Made by a program: the position numbers and the translations under genes
Notes under the pieces: model-generated
What the model saw: the letters and a program-made list of their open reading frames with translations, nothing else
Database searches by the model: none
Told to the model about the DNA's origin: nothing
NCBI GenBank assembly: GCA_046154225.1
Contig: JBJXEM010000007.1
Span: 84,961 to 148,960, forward strand
DNA: 64,000 nt
Reading direction: 5' to 3'
Source: Rickettsiales bacterium
GTDB lineage: Bacteria; Pseudomonadota; Alphaproteobacteria; Rickettsiales; UBA3002
In this document: piece by piece, positions 10,003-19,443 of the stretch
Layout of the letters: every line of letters starts with the position of its first letter
Position numbering within the stretch: the first letter of the stretch is position 1

Positions 10003-11088
10003 TTAAGCAGCGGCTGCGTGATGCAACGGATAATCCACATACCCCACCGGCCCCGGCGTATAGAGATGCTCGGCGTCCGGCGCGTTAAGCGTGTAGCCAT
10101 GGCGCAGCCGCGAGACTAAATCCGGGTTGGCTAAAAAGGTGATGCCGAACGATACCGCATCGGCCTCGCCCGCAGCAAGCGCGGCGTTTGCCAGAGGCGC
10201 ATCATAGCCGCCATTGGCGATGAGTGTGCGGGTGAAGGCTTTGCGCAAATGCGGCGTCACGCGCTCGCCCTCGGCATGCATGCGGTGGCCGGGCAACCCC
10301 TCCACAACGTGCAGATAGGCGATGCCCAGCGCATCAAGCCGTGCGGCGGCGCGGCTGAAAGTGGCGATGGGGTTGCTGTCATGCATGCTGTTATGCGGGC
10401 TGTTGGGCGAAAAGCGTACGCCTACTTTTTCGGGCCCCACGGCGTCGCACACGGCGGCGGCTACTTCGGCCAGCAGGCGCGTGCGGTTTTCGATGCTGCC
10501 GCCATATTCGTCGGTGCGGCGGTTGCTGCCGTCGCGCATGAATTCATCGAGCAGGTAGCCGTTTGCGGCGTGAATCTCCACCCCGTCGAAACCGGCCGCG
10601 ATGGCGCGTTTGGCGGCTTGCGCATAGGTTTGCGGCAGGGCACGAATTTCCTCGAGCGTCAGCGCCCGTGGCGTTTCAAAATCCTTCTTACCCAGCGGCG
10701 TGTGGCTTTGGCCGACCGCCGCAATGGCTGAAGGCGCCACCGGCAATGCACCGTCTTGAAAGTCCGGGTGCGAAATGCGGCCCATGTGCCAGAGCTGCAA
10801 AAACATGCGCCCGCCTGCGGCGTGCACGCTCGCGGTCACCTGCTTCCAGCCTTCCATTTGTGCGTCGTTCCAGATGCCGGGGGCACCGCGCCAGCCATAG
10901 CCCTGCGGCGAAATGGCCGTTGCCTCGCTGATAATCAGCCCGGCGGCCGCCCGTTGGGTGTAATATTCAGCCATCATGGCATTGGGCACGCCGCCCGCAT
11001 CGGCCCGTCCCCGGGTGAGCGGTGCCATGATGACGCGGTTCGCTAGCGTCATGCTGCCAATTTGTATCGGCTCGAAAATGCTGGTCAT
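10003..11088 (-). CDS. Old yellow enzyme family alkene reductase (NemA-like)
   Basis: NRVIMAPLTRGRA, QLWHMGRISH, GFDGVEIHAANGYLLDEF, NRRTDEYGGS; start MTSIFEP at 11088 after GAGGAG. Confidence 0.92.
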   Translation of the reverse strand: MTSIFEPIQIGSMTLANRVIMAPLTRGRADAGGVPNAMMAEYYTQRAAAGLIISEATAISPQGYGWRGAPGIWNDAQMEGWKQVTASVHAAGGRMFLQLWHMGRISHPDFQDGALPVAPSAIAAVGQSHTPLGKKDFETPRALTLEEIRALPQTYAQAAKRAIAAGFDGVEIHAANGYLLDEFMRDGSNRRTDEYGGSIENRTRLLAEVAAAVCDAVGPEKVGVRFSPNSPHNSMHDSNPIATFSRAAARLDALGIAYLHVVEGLPGHRMHAEGERVTPHLRKAFTRTLIANGGYDAPLANAALAAGEADAVSFGITFLANPDLVSRLRHGYTLNAPDAEHLYTPGPVGYVDYPLHHAAAA

Positions 11089-11123
11089 GGAACGCTCCTC
11101 AAACAACGATGATATATAGGTTG

Positions 11124-11786
11124 TTATGCTACCTGTTTGCGGGTTTGTAAAACCAATGCGGCCAAGGCATCCGCAGGCTCCATGCGCGTGCGGTAATCGG
11201 CGTCGACATGGTGCGCTAAAATCACGCCATTCTGCCCAATCACATACGTCGCAGGCACCGGCAACGTCCACTGCCCGTTGGCGTTCACCACGTCCATACC
11301 GTGGCCGAGGCTGCTATACAGCTTTTGCAAATAATTGGGCAGCGTAAACAGAATGCCAAAGCCACGGGCCGCGTCGGTATTCACGTCCGACAGCACAGGA
11401 TATTCCAGCGCGTTTTTCTCAGCGGTGGCAAGCGACGTATCGGGCGCTTGCGGCGAAATGGCAACAAGCTGGCCACCGGCCTTGCGAATCTCGGGCAGCA
11501 GGCGCTGATAGGCGCGCAGTTCGAGGTTACAATACGGGCACCAGCCGCCACGATAAAACACCACAATGGTTGGGCCGTTTTTCAGCACTGCGCTGAGGGA
11601 TACCAGCTTGCCAGTTGCATCCGGCAGCGTAAATTCTGGCGCTTTGTCTCCCGTTTTCAGCGCCGATTGCTCGATCTGCGTCGCAGCCAGCTCCTCATCG
11701 GCACGGGCCATAATGGCCGCTTTTTCGGCGGGGAATTTCATCAGAAATTCTGTCTTGAATTGTTCGAGTTCGGTGTTGAGCGACAT
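11124..11786 (-). CDS. AhpC/TSA peroxiredoxin-like protein
   Basis: GDKAPEFTLPDATG, FYRGGWCPYCNLEL, LVAISPQ, LPVPATYVI. Confidence 0.85.
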   Translation of the reverse strand: MSLNTELEQFKTEFLMKFPAEKAAIMARADEELAATQIEQSALKTGDKAPEFTLPDATGKLVSLSAVLKNGPTIVVFYRGGWCPYCNLELRAYQRLLPEIRKAGGQLVAISPQAPDTSLATAEKNALEYPVLSDVNTDAARGFGILFTLPNYLQKLYSSLGHGMDVVNANGQWTLPVPATYVIGQNGVILAHHVDADYRTRMEPADALAALVLQTRKQVA

Positions 11787-11858
11787 GGGAATCTCCTTAA
11801 AGTTACGCATGGTAATTTCGAGCTGCGCATAGCCACATCCAGCTAAACGCGACTAGCG

Positions 11859-12725
11859 TTATGTTTGGTAAAGGTTTTTGATGGCGACGATATTTCTATC
11901 GCCAAAACCGGCATTCTTGGTGTCCATAAAAAGTGTCGCGACCACATCAGCCACTGGTGATTTGCTTTGCAGGTCATGCGCTAATTGCGAGGCATAGGCA
12001 AAATCTTTGGTCACGAGTGATATTGGGAATAACGGGTCATCGTTGCCTGCCGCTATCAGCTTGCCGATGCCTTGTAATGCCGGGCTGGTGGTGGGTAGCG
12101 TGTTGAGGATATTCACAGCATCGCCCGTGGCGATACCTGCTTTTTCAAGCCAACTCAGCGTTTCTGCCCATGCTGCGACCTGAATGCCGAACAACGTATT
12201 CACAGCAAGTTTCATTGTCGCACCGCTACCAATTTTGCCCACATGATGCACCGCAGCGCCCATCGCCATCAATACGGGCTGCGCTTTATCAAGCGCGGAT
12301 TTCTCTGCGCCGACAAGATAAATCAACTGTCCAGCTTCAGCCTGCGGGCGCGAACCTAATACAGGCGCATCAATAAAATCGAGCACTAGGGTTGCTGCGT
12401 GCTTGGCAAGTGTGCTCACCCAATCAGGCGTAACGGTGCTGGATTCGATCACGACGGCGCCCTTTTTTGCCCCGGCAAGTGCGCCATTCTTTTCATCCAA
12501 CCAAATGCTGCGTGCGGCGCTATCATCCGTCACCATGCTGATGATGAATTCGGCGTCCTGCGCTGCTTCACGGGGGGTAGCGGCAACGCTTGCCCTTTTT
12601 TCTTTGAGTGCATTGGCTGCATTTGCCGTGCGATTATACACGGTGACGTCATGCCCTTTGGCGATCAGGTTTGCCGCCATGCGGCTTCCCATTGCGCCAA
12701 GTCCTAAAAATCCGATTTTAGCCAT
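11859..12725 (-). CDS. NAD(P)-dependent oxidoreductase, 3-hydroxyisobutyrate/6-phosphogluconate dehydrogenase family
   Basis: IGFLGLGAMG, VYNRT, DAPVLGS, MKLAVN, LVTKD. Confidence 0.88.
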   Translation of the reverse strand: MAKIGFLGLGAMGSRMAANLIAKGHDVTVYNRTANAANALKEKRASVAATPREAAQDAEFIISMVTDDSAARSIWLDEKNGALAGAKKGAVVIESSTVTPDWVSTLAKHAATLVLDFIDAPVLGSRPQAEAGQLIYLVGAEKSALDKAQPVLMAMGAAVHHVGKIGSGATMKLAVNTLFGIQVAAWAETLSWLEKAGIATGDAVNILNTLPTTSPALQGIGKLIAAGNDDPLFPISLVTKDFAYASQLAHDLQSKSPVADVVATLFMDTKNAGFGDRNIVAIKNLYQT

Positions 12726-12748
12726 GGGTTTTCCTTTTTTATAATACG

Positions 12749-13465
12749 TTAAAATGCAGCAAACGTGCGTTCAAGCTGCTTGGGGTCGTGGGCCCACAAC
12801 GCCGCCATTTGTGCCGACATCGGGTCGGGGTAGATGTCTTCCTGCCCGGCTTCGATGCCTTTCAGGATATTTTCTGCGGTGTTGGCCGCACTGTTTTTCT
12901 CAATTTCCATGGGGCGGGCCATGTCGGTGTCGATGGGGCCGGGAAAAATGCCGTGGACGCTGATGTTTTTGGCTTTCAGTTCGGTCCGGCTCGCCTGAAT
13001 GGCTGAGAACAATGCCGCTTTCGAGGCCGAGTAACCGCCCACCCCTTCCATGGGCGCGAGGCCGATGATGGAGCTGATGCTGGCAATCGCGCCGCCGCCG
13101 TTGGTGGCGATTGCGGATGCAAACGCGCGAGTCACACTAAGCGTGCCGAAATAATTCACTTCCATATCGCGCATCAGCATTTCCATGGGGCCTTCCATGA
13201 TGCTGGCGAACGCGAGCGCGCCTGCGTTGTTGATGAGCACTTGTACGTCCGTCGCCTGTTCGGCTACTTTTTTCACCTGCGCGCGATCGGTAATGTCGAG
13301 GGTGACAGGCACCACACGGGCATCGCCGAAGTTCGGCAGTTCTTCGATTTTACGTGCCGTCGCGTAAATTTTCTTCGCCCCATGTTTCAACGCCGCTTCG
13401 ACAAGCGCGCGGCCAATGCCGCGATTAGCACCAGTAATGAGTACGACTTTGTTTTGAATGTTCAT
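12749..13465 (-). CDS. Short-chain dehydrogenase/reductase
   Basis: TGANRGIG, LINNAG, YSASK, PGPIDTDM. Confidence 0.88.
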   Translation of the reverse strand: MNIQNKVVLITGANRGIGRALVEAALKHGAKKIYATARKIEELPNFGDARVVPVTLDITDRAQVKKVAEQATDVQVLINNAGALAFASIMEGPMEMLMRDMEVNYFGTLSVTRAFASAIATNGGGAIASISSIIGLAPMEGVGGYSASKAALFSAIQASRTELKAKNISVHGIFPGPIDTDMARPMEIEKNSAANTAENILKGIEAGQEDIYPDPMSAQMAALWAHDPKQLERTFAAF

Positions 13466-13523
13466 GGGAGTCTCCTGTATGAGGGTGGCGGCGACGCGAA
13501 ATGCGCCGCCGCCTTGAGTGTCG

Positions 13524-14063
13524 TTACGCTGCCAATTTTTCGGCTGCAGGGAAATCCACCGGCACTTTGGTCGTGCTGTGCAGGTAGTTGGTCACCGTTT
13601 TGTCACCGATCGTCACAATGGTGTCGACCAGGTTCTCCTTGGTCCAGCCAGCGGCGAAGAAGGCTTCCACCAGCAGCGGATTGGCTTTGCCACGGTTGCT
13701 AGCGATGCTTTTGGTCAGTTGGGCCAATGCGTCGAGCTTTTTGTCGAAGCTCGCTTTACCGCTACGCACTTCAGCAATTTGTTCAGCGCTGAAACCGACC
13801 ATGCCGCCGATGACGGTGTGGGCGGCCAGGCAATATTCGCACTCGTTCACTTGGCTTACCACCAGGTTCACCACTTCGCGTGCCTTGCCGGTGATGCTGC
13901 TTTTCGCGTTCTGCAGGGTGAGGTAGGTGCCAAGGGCATTCTCGGAATGCGCCATTGTAGCGTAAAGGTTCGGCACCATGCCGAGGCCTTTTTTCAAGTT
14001 GTCAAACAGGGCCTGATTGGCGGGGGATACTTCTTCGCGGGTGGGAACGTTAATGTTGGTCAT
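13524..14063 (-). CDS. Carboxymuconolactone decarboxylase / AhpD-like protein
   Basis: GMVPNLYATMAHS, VSQVNECEYCLAAH (CxxC..H). Confidence 0.85.
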   Translation of the reverse strand: MTNINVPTREEVSPANQALFDNLKKGLGMVPNLYATMAHSENALGTYLTLQNAKSSITGKAREVVNLVVSQVNECEYCLAAHTVIGGMVGFSAEQIAEVRSGKASFDKKLDALAQLTKSIASNRGKANPLLVEAFFAAGWTKENLVDTIVTIGDKTVTNYLHSTTKVPVDFPAAEKLAA

Positions 14064-14169
14064 GGTAGTCTCCTAAAGGTTGGTTGGGTTGAATCGTGGT
14101 TTGGTTAGTTAGGCAGTTCGTCGTCGATGGACCCGTTCTAGCATACTTCGATTGACGCAATAAATAGCA

Positions 14170-14197
14170 TTGTACGCATTACACTAATGCGTATAAT
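14170..14197 (+). promoter_or_regulatory. Probable LysR operator overlapping the lysR promoter
   Basis: Perfect 8-bp inverted repeat TACGCATT-acact-AATGCGTA (14173-14193); TTGTAC at 14170 and TATAAT at 14192-14197, 6 nt before the ATG. Confidence 0.55.
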
Positions 14198-14203
14198 GCA
14201 TGA

Positions 14204-15124
14204 ATGGATACGAATCAGCTGAGCATCTTTATCGACGTGATGCGCCGTGGCAGTTACGCGGCGGTGGCGCGTGATAGGGGCGTGGACCCCGCCACCATTT
14301 CGCGCAGCATCGCCACACTGGAAGACACATTGAAGCTGCGGCTGTTCCAGCGCACCACGCGCCGGCTCGACCCCACGGAAGCCGCCCGCGTGTATTTCGA
14401 GCGGGTTGAACCACTGGTCGAGGAATTGCGCCGTGCCGAGTTAAGCGCCGCCGACGTGGGCAATAAGCCTCAAGGCGTGCTGCGCATTGCCTGCGCACAT
14501 ACGTTTGCCGAGCATAATATCACCCCGTTATTGCCCGAATTTGCTGAGCGGTTCCCTGAACTTCGTTTCGACCTGGTGTTCTCGGAAGCGCGGGCGGATA
14601 TGCTGGCCGAACATATCGATGTGGCGATTCGTGTGGGCAACCTTGCGGATTCGACTTTCATTGCTCATAAACTGGCGACGATGCATAACTACCTCGTCGC
14701 CACGCCCGAATATCTGGCACGGCACGGCACCCCAGAAACTCCGGAAGAGTTGAGCCGTCATGCCTGCTTAATGATGGATTTGCAAACCACCATGCGCAAC
14801 CACTGGCGCGTGACCGATAAAAAAGGCAATAGCCGCGACATTGCGCTCACCCCGCGCATGGTAAGCGCGAACCCGATGGCGCTAAAGCAATGCATGCTGG
14901 GTCATATGGGCATTGGTGTGTTCGCGAGCTGGATCATTGGCCGCGAACTGCGCGAAGGCAAAGTGTTGTCTATTATGCCCGAGCTGTATTTCAGCGCGAA
15001 CACGACAGAAGTCCACGCCTGGGCGATGTATCCTTCACGCCTTTATGTGCCGCAGAAAGTAAGGGTGTTTGTGGATTACCTGAAGGAAAAATACGCCCAT
15101 GGTGCGCCGTGGGTACAGGCGTAG
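14204..15124 (+). CDS. LysR family transcriptional regulator
   Basis: N-terminal HTH (FIDVMRRGSYAAVA...LFQRTTRRL), GVLRI, IDVAIRVG, PQKVRVFVDYL; divergent from redox operon. Confidence 0.93.
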   Translation: MDTNQLSIFIDVMRRGSYAAVARDRGVDPATISRSIATLEDTLKLRLFQRTTRRLDPTEAARVYFERVEPLVEELRRAELSAADVGNKPQGVLRIACAHTFAEHNITPLLPEFAERFPELRFDLVFSEARADMLAEHIDVAIRVGNLADSTFIAHKLATMHNYLVATPEYLARHGTPETPEELSRHACLMMDLQTTMRNHWRVTDKKGNSRDIALTPRMVSANPMALKQCMLGHMGIGVFASWIIGRELREGKVLSIMPELYFSANTTEVHAWAMYPSRLYVPQKVRVFVDYLKEKYAHGAPWVQA

Positions 15125-15180
15125 TGCGCCAAATTTTACACTAGTATCCAAATTTTACACTCTTAATGACAATAAAACCC

Positions 15181-15268
15181 TGTCATCCCGGCCTTGTGCC
15201 GGGATCCAGCCCTAACTCAGGCATATGGCATGGGTGGGGCTGGATCCCGGGACGAACCCGGGATGACA
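15181..15268. repeat. Palindromic element family A
   Basis: TGTCATCCCGGCCTTGTGCCGGGATCCAG...CTGGATCCCGGGACGAACCCGGGATGACA. Confidence 0.9.
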
Positions 15269-15472
15269 CTCGGGTTTGGCCTAAGGAAACAGCTTAAACA
15301 TCACTTTCAGGGTGGACTCAGTACCCATTTATCCCCAACAACCACGCTGAAAGTGCTTGAGCGTCGCCGCCAGATCGGGTAGGTAAACGCACTTTGCAGC
15401 CCTGTGTCATTAGGCGTCACCGCCGCACAGACTGCGCAGACTGTTGTTTTTGTGTGGAAAGGTTACGTTATT

Positions 15473-17395
15473 TTGCACTCGACCCCGCTTCTTGACATGG
15501 TGAATGACCCGCGTGACACCCGGGGCTTTTCGCTTGAGCAACTCAAACAACTGGCCGCTGAACTGCGCTCGGAAACGGTGCGCGCGGTGTCGCACACCGG
15601 CGGGCATTTAGGCGCGGGCCTAGGGGTGATCGAACTCACCGTGGCCCTGCACCACGTGTTCAACACGCCCGACGACAAGCTGATCTGGGATGTGGGCCAC
15701 CAGACCTACCCGCACAAAATCCTCACCGGCCGTCGCGACCGCATCACCACCCTGCGCCAGCCGGGCGGCCTGTCGGGCTTCTGCAAACGCGACGAAAGCA
15801 TTTACGACACGTTCGACGCGGGCCACAGCTCCACTTCCATTTCCGCCGGTGTCGGCATGGCCGTCGCGCGCGATCTGGCGGGTAAAAACAACGAAGTGAT
15901 CGCCGTGATCGGCGACGGGGCGATGAGCGCCGGTATGGCCTACGAAGCTATGAATAACGCAGGTGCCCTGGGCACCCGCCTGATTGTGATTCTGAACGAT
16001 AACGACATGTCCATCGCGCCGCCGGTTGGGGCCATGAGCTCGTATTTGTCGCGCCTTATTTCGTCGCATCCTTACCGCTCGCTGCGGCATTTGGCGAAAG
16101 TGGTCGCCAGCAAATTCCCCGAGCCGCTGATGCGCATGGCCCGCTCGGCCGAAAAACACATGCGTGGCATGGCCACCGGCGGCACCTTGTTCGACGAGAT
16201 GGGCCTGTATTATGTCGGCCCCGTCGACGGCCACAACCTCGAGCACCTCGTGCCCATCCTGAAAAACATCCGCGACGAAAAGGATTCGGGCCCCGTGCTC
16301 ATCCACGTCGTGACGCAAAAAGGCCATGGCTACGCGCCCGCCGAAGCGTCGGACGATAAATACCACGGCGTGAACAAGTTCGATATCGCCACCGGCGTGC
16401 AGAAAAAATCGGTCGCCAGTGCGCCGAGCTACACCAAAGTGTTCGCGACCAGCCTGGTGGCCGAAGCGCAGGCCGACGATAAAATCGTCGCCATAAGCGC
16501 GGCCATGCCGGGCGGCACAGGGCTCGATATTTTCGGCAAAGCCTTTCCCAATCGCACGTTCGATGTGGGCATCGCCGAGCAGCACGCCGTCACCTTTGCC
16601 GCTGGCCTCGCGACGCAAGGCTACAAGCCATTCTGCGCCATTTATTCCACCTTCCTGCAACGCGCCTACGACCAGGTGGTGCACGACGTGGCGGTACAAA
16701 AACTCCCCGTCCGTTTCGGCCTCGACCGCGCCGGGCTTGTAGGTGCCGACGGCCCGACGCATGCGGGGGTATACGACCTCGCCTATTTGTGCGCATTGCC
16801 GCATTTCGTGGTCATGGCTGCCGCCGACGAACTTGAGTTGATGCACATGGTAGCCACCTCCGCCGCGATTGACGACGCGCCGAGCGCCATCCGCTACCCG
16901 CGCGGCGAAGGCATTGGCCTCGAGCTGCCCAAACGCGGCACCGTGCTTGAAATCGGCAAAGGCCGCATGGTGAAAGAAGGCGGCACACAAGTCGCGATCC
17001 TGTCGCTCGGTACACGCCTCGCCGAAAGCCTGAAAGCCGCCGAGCAGCTGGAAGCGCAAGGCATCTCCGTCAGCGTGGCCGACGCCCGTTTCGCCAAACC
17101 GCTCGACGAAGCGCTGATTACCAAATTGTTCAACGAACACGACCTCGTCATCACCGTCGAGGAAGGTGGCCATGGCGGCTTCGGCGCACATGTGCTGGCA
17201 TTCGCCGCCAGCGCCGGTTTGCTCACCAAGGCCGACGCACGCACCCTCACCTTGCCCGATACCTTCATCGAGCAAGGCATTCCGTTCGATATGTACGAAG
17301 AGGCCGGGCTGAATGCGAGCGGTATCGTGAAGGCTGCCGTGGAGGCTTTAAACATCGCCGACGCCCAGCCGCAAAAACTGCGCAAGGTGAAGTAA
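15473..17395 (+). CDS. dxs: 1-deoxy-D-xylulose-5-phosphate synthase
   Basis: [53 protein letters not shown]; start placed at TTG 15473 after GGAAAGG. Confidence 0.96.
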   Translation: MHSTPLLDMVNDPRDTRGFSLEQLKQLAAELRSETVRAVSHTGGHLGAGLGVIELTVALHHVFNTPDDKLIWDVGHQTYPHKILTGRRDRITTLRQPGGLSGFCKRDESIYDTFDAGHSSTSISAGVGMAVARDLAGKNNEVIAVIGDGAMSAGMAYEAMNNAGALGTRLIVILNDNDMSIAPPVGAMSSYLSRLISSHPYRSLRHLAKVVASKFPEPLMRMARSAEKHMRGMATGGTLFDEMGLYYVGPVDGHNLEHLVPILKNIRDEKDSGPVLIHVVTQKGHGYAPAEASDDKYHGVNKFDIATGVQKKSVASAPSYTKVFATSLVAEAQADDKIVAISAAMPGGTGLDIFGKAFPNRTFDVGIAEQHAVTFAAGLATQGYKPFCAIYSTFLQRAYDQVVHDVAVQKLPVRFGLDRAGLVGADGPTHAGVYDLAYLCALPHFVVMAAADELELMHMVATSAAIDDAPSAIRYPRGEGIGLELPKRGTVLEIGKGRMVKEGGTQVAILSLGTRLAESLKAAEQLEAQGISVSVADARFAKPLDEALITKLFNEHDLVITVEEGGHGGFGAHVLAFAASAGLLTKADARTLTLPDTFIEQGIPFDMYEEAGLNASGIVKAAVEALNIADAQPQKLRKVK

Positions 17396-17458
17396 GGCTT
17401 CGTTCAAGCGATATTCTTTGACGGTTGTTGCAAAAACACCGGCGCAAACCCACTATTC

Positions 17459-17542
17459 TGTCATCCCGGTTTTGCGTTTACGCAAACACCGGGATCCCGC
17501 TTCTTTAGAGTAGCGGGACCCCGTCGTAAAGACGGGGTGACA
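17459..17542. repeat. Palindromic element family A variant
   Basis: TGTCATCCCGG...GACGGGGTGACA; near reverse complement of 50241-50323. Confidence 0.85.
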
Positions 17543-17553
17543 TCGGTTTTGAT

Positions 17554-17669
17554 TATAGTCGTTCCAATTTTAATTGGGACGACTATGAATGACTGCGAAG
17601 CAGGAATTCCGCCGCGAAGCGAGCGTGACCCCAAATAAAAATGTCTCATTTTTATTTGGAAACACTATA
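17554..17669. mobile_element. Candidate MITE with TATAGT-type terminal inverted repeats
   Basis: Left end TATAGTCGTTCCAA, right end TTGGAAACACTATA; internal hairpins; a similar solo end at about 34565-34584. Confidence 0.5.
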
Positions 17670-18287
17670 GTTTGGTAATGCTTCCGCCTGTTTTTGCGAA
17701 ATCAGTCGTGGTGCCAGCGCCTCAAACGTACGGTCCATCGCCACCGTATTATTCAGCCCGAACGCCGAGAGATGGCCATAACGCAGCGAAAGTTGGTGGC
17801 TGGCCGTCGCCGCATCTTCGTGCTTCAGCGCCGCGAGGTAAAGCGCCGCCGCCAGCCCCGAACGATCGGCCCCGCCGCGGCAGTGAATCCACAAGGGTTT
17901 AGGGGCATCGCGCATGATGGCGATAAGCTGCGCGGCCTGCGCCTCGGTCAGCTCCCGCTTCGACGACATGCGGAAATTCAGGTGTTTTATCCCGGCCTTC
18001 TCGCTCGCCGCCAGTTCGTTTTGATACCATGGCGATTTCGCGTTCTCGCCGCGCAAATTCAAAATCGTGCGGATGCCGTATTGCTGGCTGTATTGCGCAA
18101 TCGCATTGCCTTCGGGCTGCGCCGAACGGTACAATTCGCCCGGCACCACTTCGTGAAAATTATCGCTGTATTGCAACCCGCCAAGGTAAAGCCCCAGCGC
18201 CAATGGCACCAGCAGGGCACGCAGCACCCAACGCAGCACAAAACGGCGGCGGCGTTTGGGGGCTTCAGGCATCGACGTATTTTTCAT
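17652..18287 (-). CDS. Membrane-anchored tyrosine/dual-specificity (PTP-fold) phosphatase
   Basis: HCRGGADRSG (HCx5R) motif, NFHEVVPGELYRSAQP, N-terminal hydrophobic helix. Confidence 0.85.
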   Translation of the reverse strand: MKNTSMPEAPKRRRRFVLRWVLRALLVPLALGLYLGGLQYSDNFHEVVPGELYRSAQPEGNAIAQYSQQYGIRTILNLRGENAKSPWYQNELAASEKAGIKHLNFRMSSKRELTEAQAAQLIAIMRDAPKPLWIHCRGGADRSGLAAALYLAALKHEDAATASHQLSLRYGHLSAFGLNNTVAMDRTFEALAPRLISQKQAEALPNYSVSK

Positions 18288-18392
18288 AAGGCTGCATAGC
18301 AGCGACCGCCCAATAATCCAAGCAGTTCACGCCGCCCGCGCGATTACTGCTTGCTTCAACCGCGCACAGTATGTTAGCAGCCTTTACTCTGC

Positions 18393-18484
18393 GGAGGGGT
18401 GGCCGAGTGGCTGAAGGCGGCAGATTGCTAATCTGTTATACGGTTAACTCCGTATCGTGAGTTCGAATCTCATCTCCTCCGCCA
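18393..18484 (+). tRNA. tRNA-Ser(GCT)
   Basis: GGAGGGG acceptor, D-loop GAGTGG, anticodon stem GCAGA-TTGCTAA-TCTGT, long variable arm, GTTCGAATC T-loop, encoded CCA. Confidence 0.95.
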
Positions 18485-18587
18485 TTATCCCGAAAAACCA
18501 TCTTTACATCCTGAAGCCCCTGCGGCATCGAAATTTTATACGGCGCTTCGTACTGTGGGTGCATCCACACAGAACGAGGAGATACCG

Positions 18588-19127
18588 ATGTCCAACGTAG
18601 TTAAAAAAGTTGAGTACACGACACAGAACCCCGACGACCCCAATGTACGCGACCCCGAACACGCGCATGAGCTGGGCGGTGCGCTCGGCATGACTGTTGG
18701 CGGTGTGGCAGGCGGTATTGCTGCCGGCGTTGCAGCGGGTGCTGCCATGGGTTCAGTTGCTGGCCCTATCGGTGCCATTGCCGGTGCTGCTATTGGTGGC
18801 GCATTGGGCGGCGCTGCGGGCGAAAGTATAGCCGCGAATGTGAACCCCACAGTGGAAGAAAAATATTGGGAAACGACTTATGTCGATCGCCCTTACGTTC
18901 AGCAAGGTCGTAATTTCGATCATTACCGCCCGGCCTACCGTCATGGGATTGACGCTTATTCGAAATATGCAGGTAAATCGTTTGAAACCGTTGAGCCCGA
19001 ACTGCGCAGCAGTTGGGAAACGACGTATCCAGAAAAAGATGCGCTCGACTGGTCGGACGCACGCGACCCCGCACGCGATGCTTACAACCGCGTCCGCGAA
19101 AATTATTTCAAGAATAAAAAAGCTTAA
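18588..19127 (+). CDS. Glycine-zipper domain protein
   Basis: GAGGAG RBS; long GxxxG repeat (GGVAGGIAAGVAAGAA...GAAIGGALGGAAG) followed by EEKYW..YRPAYRHG domain. Confidence 0.75.
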   Translation: MSNVVKKVEYTTQNPDDPNVRDPEHAHELGGALGMTVGGVAGGIAAGVAAGAAMGSVAGPIGAIAGAAIGGALGGAAGESIAANVNPTVEEKYWETTYVDRPYVQQGRNFDHYRPAYRHGIDAYSKYAGKSFETVEPELRSSWETTYPEKDALDWSDARDPARDAYNRVRENYFKNKKA

Positions 19128-19158
19128 CGCAGGATACTCCCCCCATCTGTCTGCGTAG

Positions 19159-19190
19159 AACGGGAGTGGCCATGCCACTCCCGTTTTTTT
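19159..19190 (+). terminator. Rho-independent terminator
   Basis: ACGGGAGTGGC-cat-GCCACTCCCGT stem followed by T run. Confidence 0.85.
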
Positions 19191-19271
19191 GTCGGCATGG
19201 ATTGACGCGCGGTAAGGTTTCTTAATTCCCTTTTGCATAAAAAAACACGTATCGGGTAAGCAATTATACAC

Positions 19272-19390
19272 TGTCATCCCGGGTTTATCCCGGGATCCAG
19301 CCCCACTTACGCCTTGTGCCAGAGGTAGGGCTGGATCCCGGCACCTGCCTACGCCAAGGCTTCGGCAAGGCAGGCAAGGCCGGGATGACA
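19272..19390. repeat. Palindromic element family A with nested 31-bp insert
   Basis: Right arm identical to that of 8602-8723, insert at 19344-19374. Confidence 0.9.
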
Positions 19391-19443
19391 TGTCCGTGGT
19401 GTCTTGGTAAGGATGCAAGTGACTCTATCACTTGAGGGGCTAC

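Noticed and set aside
11089-11271. 60-aa N-terminal extension of the old yellow enzyme
   Set aside because: Overlaps the peroxiredoxin-like gene; SD GAGGAG precedes ATG 11088, where homology starts
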